The notes beneath the pieces were generated by a model. That model saw only the letters and a list, made by a program, of their open reading frames with translations. It made no database searches and had not been told where the DNA came from. Both the position numbers and the translations under genes were made by a program. A stretch of 64,000 nt of DNA from Chiloscyllium plagiosum (taxonomy: Eukaryota): contig NC_057718.1 in the NCBI RefSeq assembly GCF_004010195.1, forward strand, positions 89,192,250 through 89,256,249, in the 5' to 3' direction. The number at the start of each line of letters is the position of its first letter. Within the stretch, counting starts at the first letter, position 1. This document shows, in pieces, positions 1-13,106 of the stretch.

Positions 1-3000
1 GAACTAGGGGACATGGTCTCAAAATAAGGGGGAGCAGACTTAGGACTGAGTTGAGGAAGAACATATTCACCCAAACAGTTATGAATCTGTGCAATTCCCT
101 GCTCAGTGACATCAATGAAGCTACCTTGTTGAATGTTTTTAAGGCGAAGATAGATTTTTGAACAATAAAGGAATTGCAAGTTATGGGGAGTGGACGGGTA
201 AGTGGAGCCGAGTCCACAGGAAGCTCAGCCATGACCTTATTGAATGGTGGAGCAGCCTCAAGGGACCAGATGGCCTACTCCTGCTCCTAGTTCTTATGTT
301 CTGATGTGGAAATATTTGTGCACAAAACACAGAAAACTAGCGCAAAGGTGCGGCAGGTTATCAGGAAGGCTAATGGAATGTTGGCCTTTATTTCAAGGGA
401 GTTGGAATATTAGAAGGGGAAAGGCTTATTGCAATTGTACAAGATTATGGGATACCATACATGGAGTACTGTGAGACATTTTGGTTGCTTTAATTAGGAA
501 AGATATCATCTCATTGGAGGCAATTCATAAACGGTTCCCTAGGATAATTCCTGATATGGAGGACAATGAGCAAAGCTTATACAGGTTGAGACTGTGCTCA
601 CTGGAGTTCAGGGGTGATCTGGTTGAAACATATGGGATCCTTAAGGGGCTTGACAGGGTAAAAGCTGAGAGCATGTTTCTCTTCATGGGAGAGTTTAGGG
701 CCAGAGGCCATAGTCTCAGAATAAAGAGGTGCCTATTTATTTAAGACAGAATTGAGGAAGAACTTCCTTTATCAGAGGGTTGAGAGTCTTTGGAACTTCT
801 TGCTGCAGAGATCTGTGGGAGCAGAGTCCTTGTGGATATTTAAGGCTGAGAAAGGTAGATTCTTGGGGAATTAAGGGTTACATGGAAAATACAGGAAAAT
901 GGGTGACAAATATCAGATCAGTCATGAGCCTTTTGAGTGACAGAGCAGGCTCCAAACGGCCCACTCCAGTTCCTATTTCTTATGGTCTTATGGTCTAACC
1001 AGAGCCTTCATTCAAAGATATCTTTTCTCACATTTGGAGATAAAAACTGTGTGTAATCCTCTGGGTATGGAGTCACTAAAGTCCTGTGCAACGTAGCAAG
1101 ACTTTCATATTCTTCTAACCAGGACCAAATTTGCCTTTTGAATTGCTTGCTGTACCTGTACGCTAATTGTCATATAAGGAGCAGCTCAGAGTCTGTACTT
1201 GGTACAGTTCAGAAGAATGAGGGGTTATTTGTTTTAAACGTACAGAATACTGAGAGGCCTGCATAGAGTGGATCTGGAGAAGATGTTTTCACTAGTAGGA
1301 AAGACTAGGATCCAAGGCACAGCCTCAGAGTGAAGGGACAATCTTTTAGAACTGAGATGAGGTGGAATTTCATCAGCCAGAGGGTGGTGAACCTGCAGAA
1401 CTCATTGCCACAGAGCACTGTGGAGGCCAAGTCACTGAATATCTTTTAGACAGAACTAGATAAGTTCTTGATAAGGAAAAATGTCAAGGGTTATGGGGAG
1501 AAGGCAGGAGAACAGACTTGAGAAACATCAGCCAAGATCAAATGGTGGATCAGATTTGATGGGCTGAATGGTCTGATCCTGCCAGGACACAAGGATTGCT
1601 GGAACCTTGACAGAGTTTTGTATCATCTTTAGCCACAGGTGAGGTCCCAGAAGTCTGGAGAATGCCCAATGCCGATCCTTTCTTTAAGGCGAGCAACAGG
1701 GATAATCCAGGAAATTATAGGTCAATGAGTCTTACGTCAGTGGTCGGGAAATTAGTGGAGAAGATTCCTGGGGACAGAATTTACTCGCATTTGGAAAAGA
1801 ATGGACTTATTTAGGATAGTCACCAGACTTTGTGCGAGGGAGATTTGATTGAGTTTTTTGAGGAAGTGATGAAGATGATTAAGAGTAGGGCGGTGGATGT
1901 TATCTCCGTGGGCGTTATTAAATAAGTCACATAGGATCAACAGTGCATTGATAAGTTAGATTCAAAACTGGTCGATCATTGAAGGCAGAGGGTAGCTGTG
2001 GAGAGATTTTTTTTCTGACTGGAGGTCTATGGCCAGTGGTGTTTAGATTAGATTAGATTCCCTACAGTGCGGAAACAGGCCCTTCGACCCAACCACTAGG
2101 TGCATTAGTCAGAGGGAAATGGGTCTTGGTGGGTTACTCTTCGGAGGGTCGGTGTGGACTGGTTCTGTAAGGATCAGTGCTGGGATCTCCATTGTTTGTA
2201 ATATCTATAAATGATTTGGATGAAAATGTGGATAGTCTGATTAGTAAGTTTGCAGACAACATGTAAATTGGCAGAGTTGTGGATAGTGAGGAAGGTTGTC
2301 AAGAGTACAGCGGGATATAGATCAGTTAGAAAGGTAGGCAGAGAAATGGTAGACGGCAGAGGTGACGCATTTTGGGGTGTCAAACGCAAGAGGAAAGTAT
2401 ACAATAAATGAAAGGATTCTTAGGAGCATTGATACACAGAGGGAACTTGGAATGTAAATTCATCGCTCCCTGAAAGTGGCAACACTAGTGAATAAGATGG
2501 TAAAGAAGGCTTTATATAGTGTGCTTGCCTTTATCAATCAGGGCACTGAGTATAAAAGTTGGCAAGTCATGCTACAGCTGTATAAAACTTTAGTGAGGCC
2601 ACATTTCGAGTATTGTGCACAGTTCTGGTCACCTCACCATAGGAAGGATGTGGCTGCTTTGGAGAGATTGCAAAAGAGGTTTCCCAGGATGTTGCCAGGA
2701 TTGGAGTGTATTAGCTATAAGGAGAGGTTGGACAAACTTGGATTGTTTTTACTAGAGCATCAGAGACTGAGGTACAGTCTGAAAGAAGTATATAACATTA
2801 TGACAGGCAGAGATAGGGTGAACAACTAGAGTCATTTTCCCAGTCAAGGAAATGACAAATACTAGAGGGCCTAGGTTTAGAGTGAGAGGGGGAAAGTTTA
2901 AAGGAGATGAGTGAGGAAAGTTTTATACAGAGTAGTAGGGTGCCTGGAATGCATGTCCAGGAGGGGTAGTACAAGCAGATACGAAAGCATCGTTTAAGAG

Positions 3001-3120
3001 GCCATTTGGACAGACCACATCAACCGGTCGGGAATAGAGGGATACGGACCATGTGCAAGAGATGGGATTCGTTTAGAGTGGCACAGATGTGGTGGGCTGA
3101 AGGGCCTGTTCCTGTAATGT
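1..3120 (+). mobile_element. Cluster of decayed CR1-clade (HER1-like) LINE 3' fragments
   Basis: RT C-terminal peptides such as LYKTLVRPHFEYCAQFWSPHHRKDVAALERLQKRFPRMLPGL; several 3' tails (about 300, 995, 1580, 3120); frameshifts and stops. Confidence 0.88.
2044..2164 (-). mobile_element. Truncated HE1-like SINE with inverted 5' segment
   Basis: 3' tail on - at 2044-2095, adjacent internal segment on + at 2097-2164. Confidence 0.75.
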
Positions 3121-4295
3121 TTTTACTCTCCATAGTCTCCTTATGGTTGGTGTTCTTTCTGTGAGTGCACCCATGTCTCACCCTTTTCAAAAACTATCCC
3201 TCTTTTCAATTCTTAGAATGAAATTAAATAACCCCACACTTCCCCTACTGATAAATATGTTTGTAATCCACCAGTTCAGAGATATTGTTGTATACCTGTG
3301 AAGAAGGCAAGTTTTTTGATTCAGAGAGAGGGACACCATCACTGCACCATCTGAGTTCTTAAAATTAGGGTCCATTCCTTTATGGTTCCTCAGTTATACT
3401 CTACCTCTATCTTGTTGCCTACTCATGACATGTTATACAACTTTGCCACCTTCATGTGTAAAATTACAGTTGGCACTTCCACCTATCATCAGCAAACCTA
3501 GATATATTCCCCTCTGTCTCTTTGTCTAAGTCATGAATATCGATTACAAATTGCTGAGATCTCAGTGTTAATTCTTGCAGCACTCCAATAGCTACAACCT
3601 GCCAATTTAGAAATGGTTAGGATGTACTGATTACTCCCTGTTGAACCAATTCTTTATCTCTGCTAATATATTACCCCCAAGTGAGGATCCCATTTTTCTT
3701 TCCAAGGGATCTGATGGAGATTTTCCTGGGAAGGGGAGATTTTTGTTTTGATTTCCAGAGGCTACATTTTAGTTTTCTGGGGGTCCTTGAAGGTGGAGCA
3801 GATCTAAGGATTTAAGTTAGAAACCAAACTGTGTATAAAACAGGAATTTGTAAACTTGCCGTAGTCCTCCATTGAAGAGTTTTAAAGGGACGAGAGACTC
3901 CGTGTGCTGGGCCAAAGGCCCAAGAGATCCACAACCAATTAAACAGTTTCCCATGACCACTCCACCCCATGGTCCCTGCATGGCTGATATTAAAGCAGAT
4001 TTGAGGCTTGGTGAATCAGGATTGACTGGACTCTCAACATTTTATACACATCAAAGGTAATACACAACAGCCACCAAAATAAAAGCTGGTACACAAACAG
4101 TTCTACAGCAGAAACATTTAAAGAAAAAGGTAAGGGCAAAAACAGAAATCTCCCACAACATTTTCTTCCCCTATGCAAGATCTGTCTACGTTTAGTTTTA
4201 CATCTTTCCACAAGTGTCTGTTTGTCTGTCTAGTGCCCCAGTCATTCTGATTGGTCACGATGAATGGATGGAAATTTGCTTCCATCTCATTGACC

Positions 4296-4518
4296 ATAGA
4301 ATCATAGAAGCCCTGCAGTGTGGAAGTAGGCCATTCGGCCCCTCGGGTCCATGTTGACTCTCTGAAGCACAGCCCAACCACACCCACACCCCAGACTCTA
4401 TCCCTGTAACCTTGCATCATCCACCTAGACAGTATGGGCAATTTCCAATGGCCAGTCCACCTAACCTGCACATCTTTAGAATGTGGGAGGAAACCGGAGC
4501 ACCCGGAGGGAACTCACG
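4296..4518 (-). mobile_element. HE1-like SINE, 5' truncated
   Basis: Central ccgggtgctccggtttcctcccaca domain and CR1-like tail. Confidence 0.8.
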
Positions 4519-5029
4519 ATAGCTGTGACCATTAGGACATGTTCCTTGTGCTTTAGTCCTTCCATGTTCCTGACTTAGTTCACAGCTCATGCTGCAAACG
4601 TGTAATATCTCCCACGAGTAAATCAGTCTCCATGATAGAAAATAGCTGTTGGTCCCACTCCCCCACCAATTTAAATTCAGTAACAGTGGTCTGAAAATGG
4701 CATTTGTTCATTTCGGGGAGATGTTGGTGTAATGTCACTGGACTAATAATCCCATGGTCCAGTGGTTGAGTTCAAGGCTAGTGAGGAATGGGTAACGATT
4801 ACTGGAATTGCCAGTGGTGCCCATAGCCCATGAGAGATTAACCTAACCTACTGCAGCAGGTTCCTGAACAATAGATTACATCTCCTGTGTCCAAGAGAAA
4901 CACTCTGAACTGCTGGACTGCCTGAAACAGCTATCTACCCGCATAACCCTGAGATCTCCAATCTTCTGACCTCCAAAGACATGCTCCCAGAAACGTTGAG
5001 TGGCAGCATGGCACCCGTTTGGAAGGTAG

Positions 5030-5615
5030 AGGGTATCAAACTAAATAAGCCTCATGTTAGCAACTGTATATAACTTTAGTTAGACCAGCTCTGGAGGAGT
5101 GTGTGCAGTTCTGACCACTGGACTATGGGAAGAATATGATTGCACTGGAGGAGGTTTCGAGGAGTCTCACCAGGGTGTTGCTTGGACTGGAGGGACTAAG
5201 CTTTGAGGAAAGGTCAATAATGGTGGCATTATTTTCCTGACAGCAGTGGAAGTTAAGAGGGGACCTGATAGAGGTTTCTAAGATGATGAGGGGCATAGAT
5301 AAGGTGGATAGGAAAACATTTGCTTCCATTTTCATTCGGTTCAATAACCAGGGGGCGTAGATTTCTCGTAAGAAGTAGAGTGGTAAGAGGAGAGTTGATG
5401 AGAATTTCCCCAGAGGGAGGTGAGAGTCTGGAACTCTGTGCCAGTGAAGGTGGCTCAGTCAGAAACTCTTGTAATCGTGCAGCAGGGTTTAGAGCATTGC
5501 TGCAGACTCCAGGGCAAGACCAAGAGCTAGGAAATAGCAACTCCTTGTCATCAAAGTATAGTCAGATCATTGACACAGACACAATGGGCCAAATGGCCTC
5601 CTTTGTGCTGTAAAT
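5030..5615 (+). mobile_element. Decayed CR1 LINE 3' fragment
   Basis: ctttagttagaccagctctggag..tgtgcagttctg and a gggccaaatggcctcctttgtgctg tail. Confidence 0.75.
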
Positions 5616-6291
5616 GTCTGAGTTGAGAATGGGCATGGTGGTGGAAGCTCTCTGCCCCACTACAGGTCCTTTCTCCCCCAGCAGTTAAAATCAGCCCTTA
5701 GCAAGTCTTGTGGCACTTAGTCTTTTGTGTTATTTCCTTCACTGCCCCCCTGGCGTTGTCCACCCTCTGTAGACTTGGGCTCATCCAAACACACTGATGC
5801 CTGCAGCCTAACTCCTTTCCGGTCCGGGTCAGCCTTCTCCCTTGTACACATTGACCTGTATTTGTTCTACCTCAAATTAAAATCCTCACCCTCAAATCTC
5901 TCTGTGCTCTCGACCCTCTCCGTGTTTGTCTTCTCTGCAGTCCTCCAGTTCTGGCTTCTTGGACAATCTTCCTTTGTATCACTCTGCCATTGAATGCTGA
6001 GTTCCTTAAGCTACCACCTTTCCCTCTGTAACTTATCCACTTGGCTCTGTGAGACATTCCTCAAAACCCATCTCTCGGCTAAAGTAGTGATCACCAGTCG
6101 CAGGACCTCCTTGTGGGGCTCATAACAGTCCTGTGAAGTGCCCCAGGAGGGTTGTTATACCAAGTCAAAGGCATTATACGAATGCATGCAAGTTATTGTT
6201 GTCCATGCTATTTGTCAGCCCCGAGAGAGCACTGCAACTGCGGTGTCCTTAGACACGTGTTACCTAACTGGCTTGTTTGTTTCCCCCTCAG

Positions 6292-6475
6292 GCGTGTTCC
6301 CCTTTCTCTCCAGTACCATGGAAGCCCTGAACGACAGTGAGCAGATTCAGATAATCTTGGACAAAATCACTGACGCTCTGGTTCACTTTATCACCAGGGC
6401 CGGCCTCTCACTGCAGCAGCAATCCCGGAGACTAGCTCAACTTCTGCTACTGCTCTCCCACATCCGGCACATGAG
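6292..6475 (+). CDS. ESR1: Estrogen receptor alpha, penultimate coding exon (ligand-binding domain helices 9-11)
   Basis: ttccccctcag|GC..ATGAG|gtgag; 184 nt, phase 1 to phase 2; encodes (G)[60 protein letters not shown](S), matching ER-alpha LDKITD...RLAQLLLILSHIRHMS rather than ER-beta LNAVTD...RLANLLMLLSHVRHAS. Confidence 0.96.
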
Positions 6476-6919
6476 GTGAGCACAAGCCCCTTTTCCGTCC
6501 CCCACAATTGTAATTATGAACGGAATAGGTCAATCAGCTGGTTGGCACGTTTGGAGTTCAGCCAAGCATTCAATGGAAATGAGATTTTGCTATCTGCTCC
6601 TGACTCCTGTTAATACAGTTACACTTCCCTTTTAAAACATCTGGATTATTCAGAATGAACATACTACACCACATTAGATCAAGAGCATTCCAGAATTAGC
6701 AATATTGTTGGCGCTCAAGTCAAGAACATAGGAATAGGAATAGTCCATTCGTCAGGTCATAGCTTCTTTTTATATCCAGAAATTCTCTTGCACGCAACTG
6801 AACATTTTTATTTCCTTCATCAAATTACCCCAGTATGTTTTTTTCTCATCTATTACCCACCACCAATAAATTACTCGTGTTTCCAACTGAATAGTGCACG
6901 TGCAAAACCTACTCAGGGT

Positions 6920-7045
6920 TCCTGAAGAAGGGCTTATGCCCGAAACGTCGATTCCCCTGCTCCTTGGATGCTGCCTGACTTGCTGCGCTTTTCCAGCAAT
7001 CCATTTTTCAGCTCTGATCTCCAGCATCTGCAGTCCTCACTTTCT
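6920..7045 (+). mobile_element. Short Penelope-like terminal insertion starting at the hammerhead motif
   Basis: Same sequence as the 3' end of the GIY-YIG-coding copies; flanked by direct repeat cctactcagggt (6908-6919, 7046-7057). Confidence 0.8.
6922..6949 (+). ncRNA. Minimal hammerhead ribozyme motif with intact core, sense in ESR1 intron
   Basis: CUGAAGA-A-GGGC-UUAU-GCCC-GAAA-CGUC: both conserved boxes, 4-bp stem II, palindromic ACGU stem III, GUC triplet. Confidence 0.75.
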
Positions 7046-8269
7046 CCTACTCAGGGTAATGCAAAGTATCAAAGGTGAGGGAGAGGTTGGGAGAGGAGGC
7101 CTAAATCAAAATGGAGTTTGAGGGGGAGATCGAGGCATTGAGGGTACTGGTGCATCTTGCACGCTCCCTCTCCAAGGACACCCGGGCACAAACATAGCCG
7201 TGAAAGAGGGTGTCAGCAGCTAAGACCCCCCAAAGCCTTCCAAAGCCCATTGCCTGAATATGGTAATAGCCAACTTGGCCAGGCCCTGGAGCAGACCCAT
7301 GAGGAGGCCCTCCAATCTGCCCACACTCATCAGCACTGGATGCCCAAAGATCAGGAGCGTGGGACTGAGGTGCATCCAAGCACACGACCACAGATATTTC
7401 TAATAATGAGAAAAGAGGGAAGCAAAATGACATTAGGGAACCAGATGGGTTTTTAACAATAATTGTGAGCATTTATACAGCCATCATTAGATATTTAAAT
7501 CCAGTTTAATTTGTTATTGAATTCCCAGTTGCATCATCTACTGTGGTGGGATTTGAACCTGGGAACTTACCTGCTAGACTAACAGTTGAGTGTTAATACC
7601 ACTAAGCCATCACCTTTCCCCAGATCATAACTATTCTGTATCTTGGCTAATTGCCTATATTCTATAATTGTAACAACCTTGCCTAATTAATTTGGAGTTG
7701 ATAGATTTTGTTTTAATTTGACCTATCTTTCTAACCAACCTGTTCAGAGATGTTATTACACACCTCGGGAGCAGGTGAGACTTAAACTGGGCCTCCTGGT
7801 CCAGGGATAGGGACACTACCACTACACCACAAGAGGACCTCATGGAGTTGAAACACTGTTAAATTTGTAATTGACCTCACCTGAGCAGGTTTTTGGAGAA
7901 GACATTTCCTGATTTTTCACTATCTCCTGTGTGATGACTGCTGAAAATCCTAGCTCTAATTTTAAGGTTATGTCCCATGGGATACCAATCAGCACCCTCT
8001 TCCCACATATAAATTGTTGTTCTCTTTAAAATTTGGTATTCTTGCAATTCTGTCCTGATGAATGTGTAACAAAAAAGATTTGACATGTGCCTTTTTTCCG
8101 CAGTACTAGAGGGGTAGGTGTGAGTTAGGATGGAGAGCAAGGGGAATTAAACAGCAGAAAGATGACAATGGGAGGCCAAACAGGGTTCCTAACAAAATGG
8201 ACAAGAGAACAAAAGATGGCTCTGGAGTTGGTATAAATGTCTACAATAGGACACATGTTATAGTAAACT

Positions 8270-8757
8270 TGAAAGCATGCAGAAAAGATTTACATGGGTG
8301 TTGTAAAGGATGGGGTTGGAAGGTTTGAGCTACAGGGAGAGGCTGAATAGGCTGGGGCAGTTTTCCCTGGAGCGTCGGAGGCTGAGGGGTGACCTTACAG
8401 AGGTTTATAAAATCATGAGGGGCATGGAGAGGATAAATAGACAAGGGCTTTTCCCCAGGGTAAAGAAGTCCAAAGGTTTAAGGTGAGAGGGGGAAAATTT
8501 AAAACGGACTTAAGGGGCAATTTTTTTACACAGAAGGTGGTGCATGTATGGAAAGAGCTGCCAGAGGAAGTGGTGGACGCAAGTACAATTACAGAATTTA
8601 AAAGACACCTGGATAGGTATATGAATAGGAAGGGTTTGGAGGGATATGGGCCAAATGGTGGCAAATGGGACTAGAATTGATTTAGAATATCTGGTCAGCA
8701 TGGACAAGTTGGACCAAAGGATCTGTCCCCATGTTGTTCATCTTTTCGACTCTATGA
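8270..8757 (+). mobile_element. CR1/HER1 LINE 3' fragment
   Basis: RGGKFKTDLRGNFFTQKVVHVWKELPEEVV..FKRHLDRYM. Confidence 0.85.
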
Positions 8758-9869
8758 ACAGCAATGGGGAATCATGAGCTTGGAAAGCGACACAGATTAC
8801 TATGACCAGGTCTAAGTCAGAGAAGATGGATTGATCTGAAATGGTGTAGACCATTCCACGATCTGAGTCCCACTGAGAGATCCTGTCCCTCCCAAGTATC
8901 AGTGGGGTGGGATTTCAGAGTCATAGAGTCATACAACACAGCCAAGGCCCTTCGGCCCATCGAATCTGTGCCATCATATCCACAATAATCCCACTTTCCA
9001 GCACTTGGCCCAAAGCCTTGAATGTGAAATGCTCCTTCACAAACTTTTTAAACATTGTGAGGTTCCCTGCCAGTACTGCCCTCCCAGGCACTGTATTTCA
9101 GATTCCCACCACCTACTGGAGGAAAACAAAATCTCAAATCCCGTCTCATCCTTCTTTCCTTCACCTTAAGATTATACCCCCTCTTGTTGATTTTGCAGGG
9201 ATGGGGAACTGAAACTGCGTTGATTACTGAGAAGATGGTTGTGCCTCACCCTCAGTCCCACTCCTGTCACTTGAAAGGGTTCAGAAGCAGAAGAACATTC
9301 TCTGAATGTGTCTCAAATTTCGAAATACATTTACCTGATTTTTAACCCTTGGCCCACTCTAGGGGACACGAATGGAGGTTAATCAGCCTATTTTAAACCC
9401 TCCATCCTGAGTCACCATAACACTTCCCCTTCTGTTTTGTTGTATCCAGTTGGTTTTTAAAGATTGATTCCAAGATTGCCGTTTGCAGCAACATTTATTC
9501 CGCTTCACTGAAGTCTCATGTCAGACTTTGTACTAGTTTGAGTCAATAGCCTCTTGCTTTACCCAGACATTTTAATTTCAACTAGAGCAAGTAGGAGGTG
9601 GAAAAAGGTACAGATGGAAATGTCTATGCTGGACTGAAGAATGGAGAGATTGACATGATGAACCTGAGGGCAATGCAGGGGTGGGAATGGGAGAAGGGGC
9701 AACAGCTAGGTTGGGAGGAGGTGTGAATGTCAGAATGATAAACACCTAAATGGAAAAACAGAGCTGCAAAAGTGAAAACAAATAAAAGCAGAGATTTCAG
9801 TCAGAAATTACTGAATTCGGTGTTAAGTCCAGAGGCTGCAAAGAGCTTAATCGAAATGATCCTGTTATT

Positions 9870-10267
9870 GAGTCATACAGCACAGAAACAGACCCTTTGG
9901 ACCAACCAGTTTACACTGAACACAATCCCAAACTAAATTAGTCCCACCTGCTGCTCCTGGCCCATATCCCTCCAAACCTTTCCTATCCATCTACTGATCT
10001 AAATGTTGCAATTGGACCCATATCCACACTTCCTCAGGAAGTTCATTCTGCACATGAACCACCCTCTGTGTAAAATAATTTGCCCCCGTATTGGTTTTAA
10101 ATCTCTCTGTCCTCTCACCTTAAAACTATGCCCCCTAATCTTGAAATCCCCATACCGAGGGAAAAGACAACTACCGTTAACCTTGTCTCGACCTGACATG
10201 ATTTTATAAACCTCTCCAAGGTAACATCTCAACCTCCTACGCTCCAGTGAAAGAAATCGCAGCCTAT
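9870..10267 (-). mobile_element. CR1/HER1 LINE 3' fragment
   Basis: Minus-strand SLERRRLR..EVYKIM..D and 3' tail; a similar copy lies at 12265-12632. Confidence 0.8.
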
Positions 10268-10459
10268 TTTGTTTTGCTGAACAAAAATGGAAGTGGGAGG
10301 GTGTGTCTGGTGATGACATGCTGTTGAAGGTGGAGAAATGGGGGAGGATAATCTGTTGAGGAGGGTGGCAGGTAACACCAATGGGAGCTCTATCATGGCT
10401 CTGGGAGGAAGGGGAGACAGGGGTGCAGGGAGATGTAATAGGCATGATCGAGGCCCCTG

Positions 10460-11815
10460 GGAGAAAGGGAGGACTGCCGATGCTGGGGATCAGAGTCAAA
10501 AAGTGCGGTGCTGGAAAAGCATAGCAGGTCAGGCAGCATCCGAGGAGCAGGAGAGTCAATGTTTCGGGCATAAGCCCTTCATCAGGAAAGTGGGGGAGGG
10601 AAGGGGTCTGAGACATAAATAGGAAGGTTGGGGGCGGGGGTAACGTGATCGGTATTTGCAGGTGGGAGCTAATGGTGATAAGTCGAAAGGGAGGGTGGAG
10701 CATATAGGTGGGAAGTAAGATGGACAGGTAGGATAGTTCAAGAGGATGGTGCCGAGTTGGAATGTTGGATCTGGGATAAGGTGGGGGGAGGGGAGATGAG
10801 GAAACTGGTGAAGTCAACATTGATGCTGTGTGGTTGGAGAGTCCCGAGGTGGAAGCTGACTATGATCTATGGGTGACTCTGATTTGGCAGTGGAGGAGGC
10901 CAAGGAATTACATTTTCTTGGTGGAGTGTGAGGTGTAGTGAAGTGGTCAGACACTAGTTGGGTGCGTATGTCCTAGAGATGTTTCCTGAAATATTCCGCA
11001 AGCTGGCGTCCTGTCTCCCCAATGTAGATGAGAGCACATCGAGAGCAATGAACACAGGAGATGAGGTGATTTGGATGTGTAGGGAAATCTCTGCTGGTGG
11101 CAGGGTGGCTCAGCGGTTAGCACTGCTGCCTCATAGCGCCAGGGACCAGGGTTTGATTTCAACCTTGGACCATTGTCTGTGTGGAGTTTGCACATTCTCC
11201 CCGTGTCTGCATGGGTTTCCTTCCACAATCCGAAGATTTGCAGGTTAGGTGAATTGGCCATGCTAAATTGCCCGATGTGCAGGGTAGGTGCACTAGTCAG
11301 GGATAATTATAGGGTAGTGGAATGGGTCTGGGTGGGTTACTCTTTGGAGGGTCGGTGTAGACTTGTTGGGCCGAAGGGCCTGTTTCCACACTGTAGGGAT
11401 TCTATGTGGAAGGATACTTTGGGGCCTTTGAATGGAGGTGAAGGGGCAGATGTGGGCACAGGTTTTACACCTCTTGCAACGGCAAGGGAAGGTGCCGGGA
11501 GTGGAGGTTGCGTTGGTGGGGAGCATGGACCTAATGTGGGAGTCACGGAGGGAAAGGTCTCTGCGGAACGCTGTTAGGGGTGGGGAGGGAAATATATCTC
11601 TGGTGGTGGGGTCTGACTGTAGGTGGCAGAAATGACAGAGGGTGATGTGTTGTGTCTGGAGATTAGTGGGGTGGAAGGTGAGGACAGGAGGGTTCTGTCC
11701 TTGTTGTAGTTGGAGGAGTGGGATGCAAGGGTGGGGGTGTGGGAAGTGGAGGAGATGTGATGGAGGGTATTGTTGACCATGGGGGAGGGGAACATGCGGT
11801 CCTTGAATTGGCCCT
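10460..11815 (-). mobile_element. 5'-truncated Penelope-like element, interrupted by a SINE and nested in an older Penelope-like copy
   Basis: Encodes fragments PPLTAFRRDLSLRD...PGTFPCRCKRCKTCAHI and a decayed GIY-YIG region; hammerhead-type end at about 10558-10586. Confidence 0.8.
11096..11406 (+). mobile_element. HE1-like tRNA-derived SINE
   Basis: A box tggctcagcgg, B-box-like ggtttgatttc, V-type central domain, gggccgaagggcctgtttccacactg tail. Confidence 0.88.
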
Positions 11816-12886
11816 GTCAGCTCTGATGTGGGAGAATCCTTCATCAAGCAAAAAGTGAGACAGTTCAGAAGCTCTTGTGTACAAGGTTGCTGTATCAGAA
11901 CAGACGTGACACAGCTGAATAAACTAGGAGAATAGGATGGAATCCCTTCTGGGGGGCAGACATGATGAAGTGTGTGGTTGTGGCCTGCAGTGAATACCCA
12001 TTGAAATTCTATTGTCAGAAATGGAGATAGAAAAATGAAGGAAGAGTCAGAGATGGGCCATGTGAAGTTGATTAAATTCTGCAGTTTGAGTGGCAGCAGC
12101 AAGCAGCACTGACACAGTCCATTTTGTGAAGATACAGGGGGCCTGATAATATTCCATTAAAAAGGCAGACACAGTCAGTACAGTCACCCTTAATCACCTT
12201 TTAGTTTGGAGGAAGTGAATAGAGTGTGGAGTGGGGGCCTAATGGGATGGGGTGTAATGGTTAAGAGTCATACAGCGCAGAAACAGACCCTTCGATCCAA
12301 CCTGTCTGTGCCAAACTAAACTAGTCCCACCTGCCTCCTCCTGGCCCATATCCCTCCAAACCTTTCCTATTCATGTACTAATCCAAATGTCTTTTAAATG
12401 TAGTAATTGTACCCGCATCCATCACTTCCTCAGGAACTATCCTCTGTGTAAAACTATTTGCCCCTCATGTCTTTTTTAAAACTCTCTCCTCTCACCTTAA
12501 AAATGGGCCCTCTAGTCTTGGGATCTCCCATCCTAGGGAAAAGACACCTACCCTTAACTCTATCTCTACCCCTCCTTATTTTATAAACTTATTTTGTCAG
12601 GTCGCCTCTCAACCTCCTACGCTCCAGTGAAAAACAAAGAGATGGATTGTGCCAGGAAACTGCTAAAGTACCTTTGTAACTGAACCGCAGCAACATCCCT
12701 ACGATGTTATGCTTCCCCTTCACTTTCTATGAAGTTCTAATTCTATACAATTTATCAAATTAATGTACATACCTTCCTTCTGAGAGACTCCAGGCCTGTG
12801 AATGGTCTGGGGAGGTTTTGGAATATTTCCACGTTTCTTGTGTGTTGAGATGGTGCTGATTTCTGACATTGTGCTTTGGCCAACAG

Positions 12887-13106
12887 TAACAAGGGAATGG
12901 AACACCTTTACAGTATGAAATGTAAGAATGTGGTACCTCTCTATGACTTGCTCCTGGAGATGTTGGATGCTCACAGAATGCACATGCCAATGGACAAGCC
13001 CCAGCCTGCAGGAAACGGAGCCAATCCAGTCAATAGAGGGACCATGCCTTCCTCTTCTTCACTGTCACTAAAGAAGACTGATGCAAGTTTTGACACGTCG
13101 AGATAG
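12887..13106 (+). CDS. ESR1: Estrogen receptor alpha, last coding exon (helix 12/AF-2 and F domain)
   Basis: ccaacag|T AAC AAG GGA ATG; encodes (S)[34 protein letters not shown]...FDTSR*, TAG at 13104-13106; phase matches the previous exon. Confidence 0.96.

Noticed and set aside
9999..12102. 273-aa and 269-aa minus-strand ORFs as genes
   Set aside because: They are chance read-throughs across nested Penelope-like, CR1 and SINE fragments.
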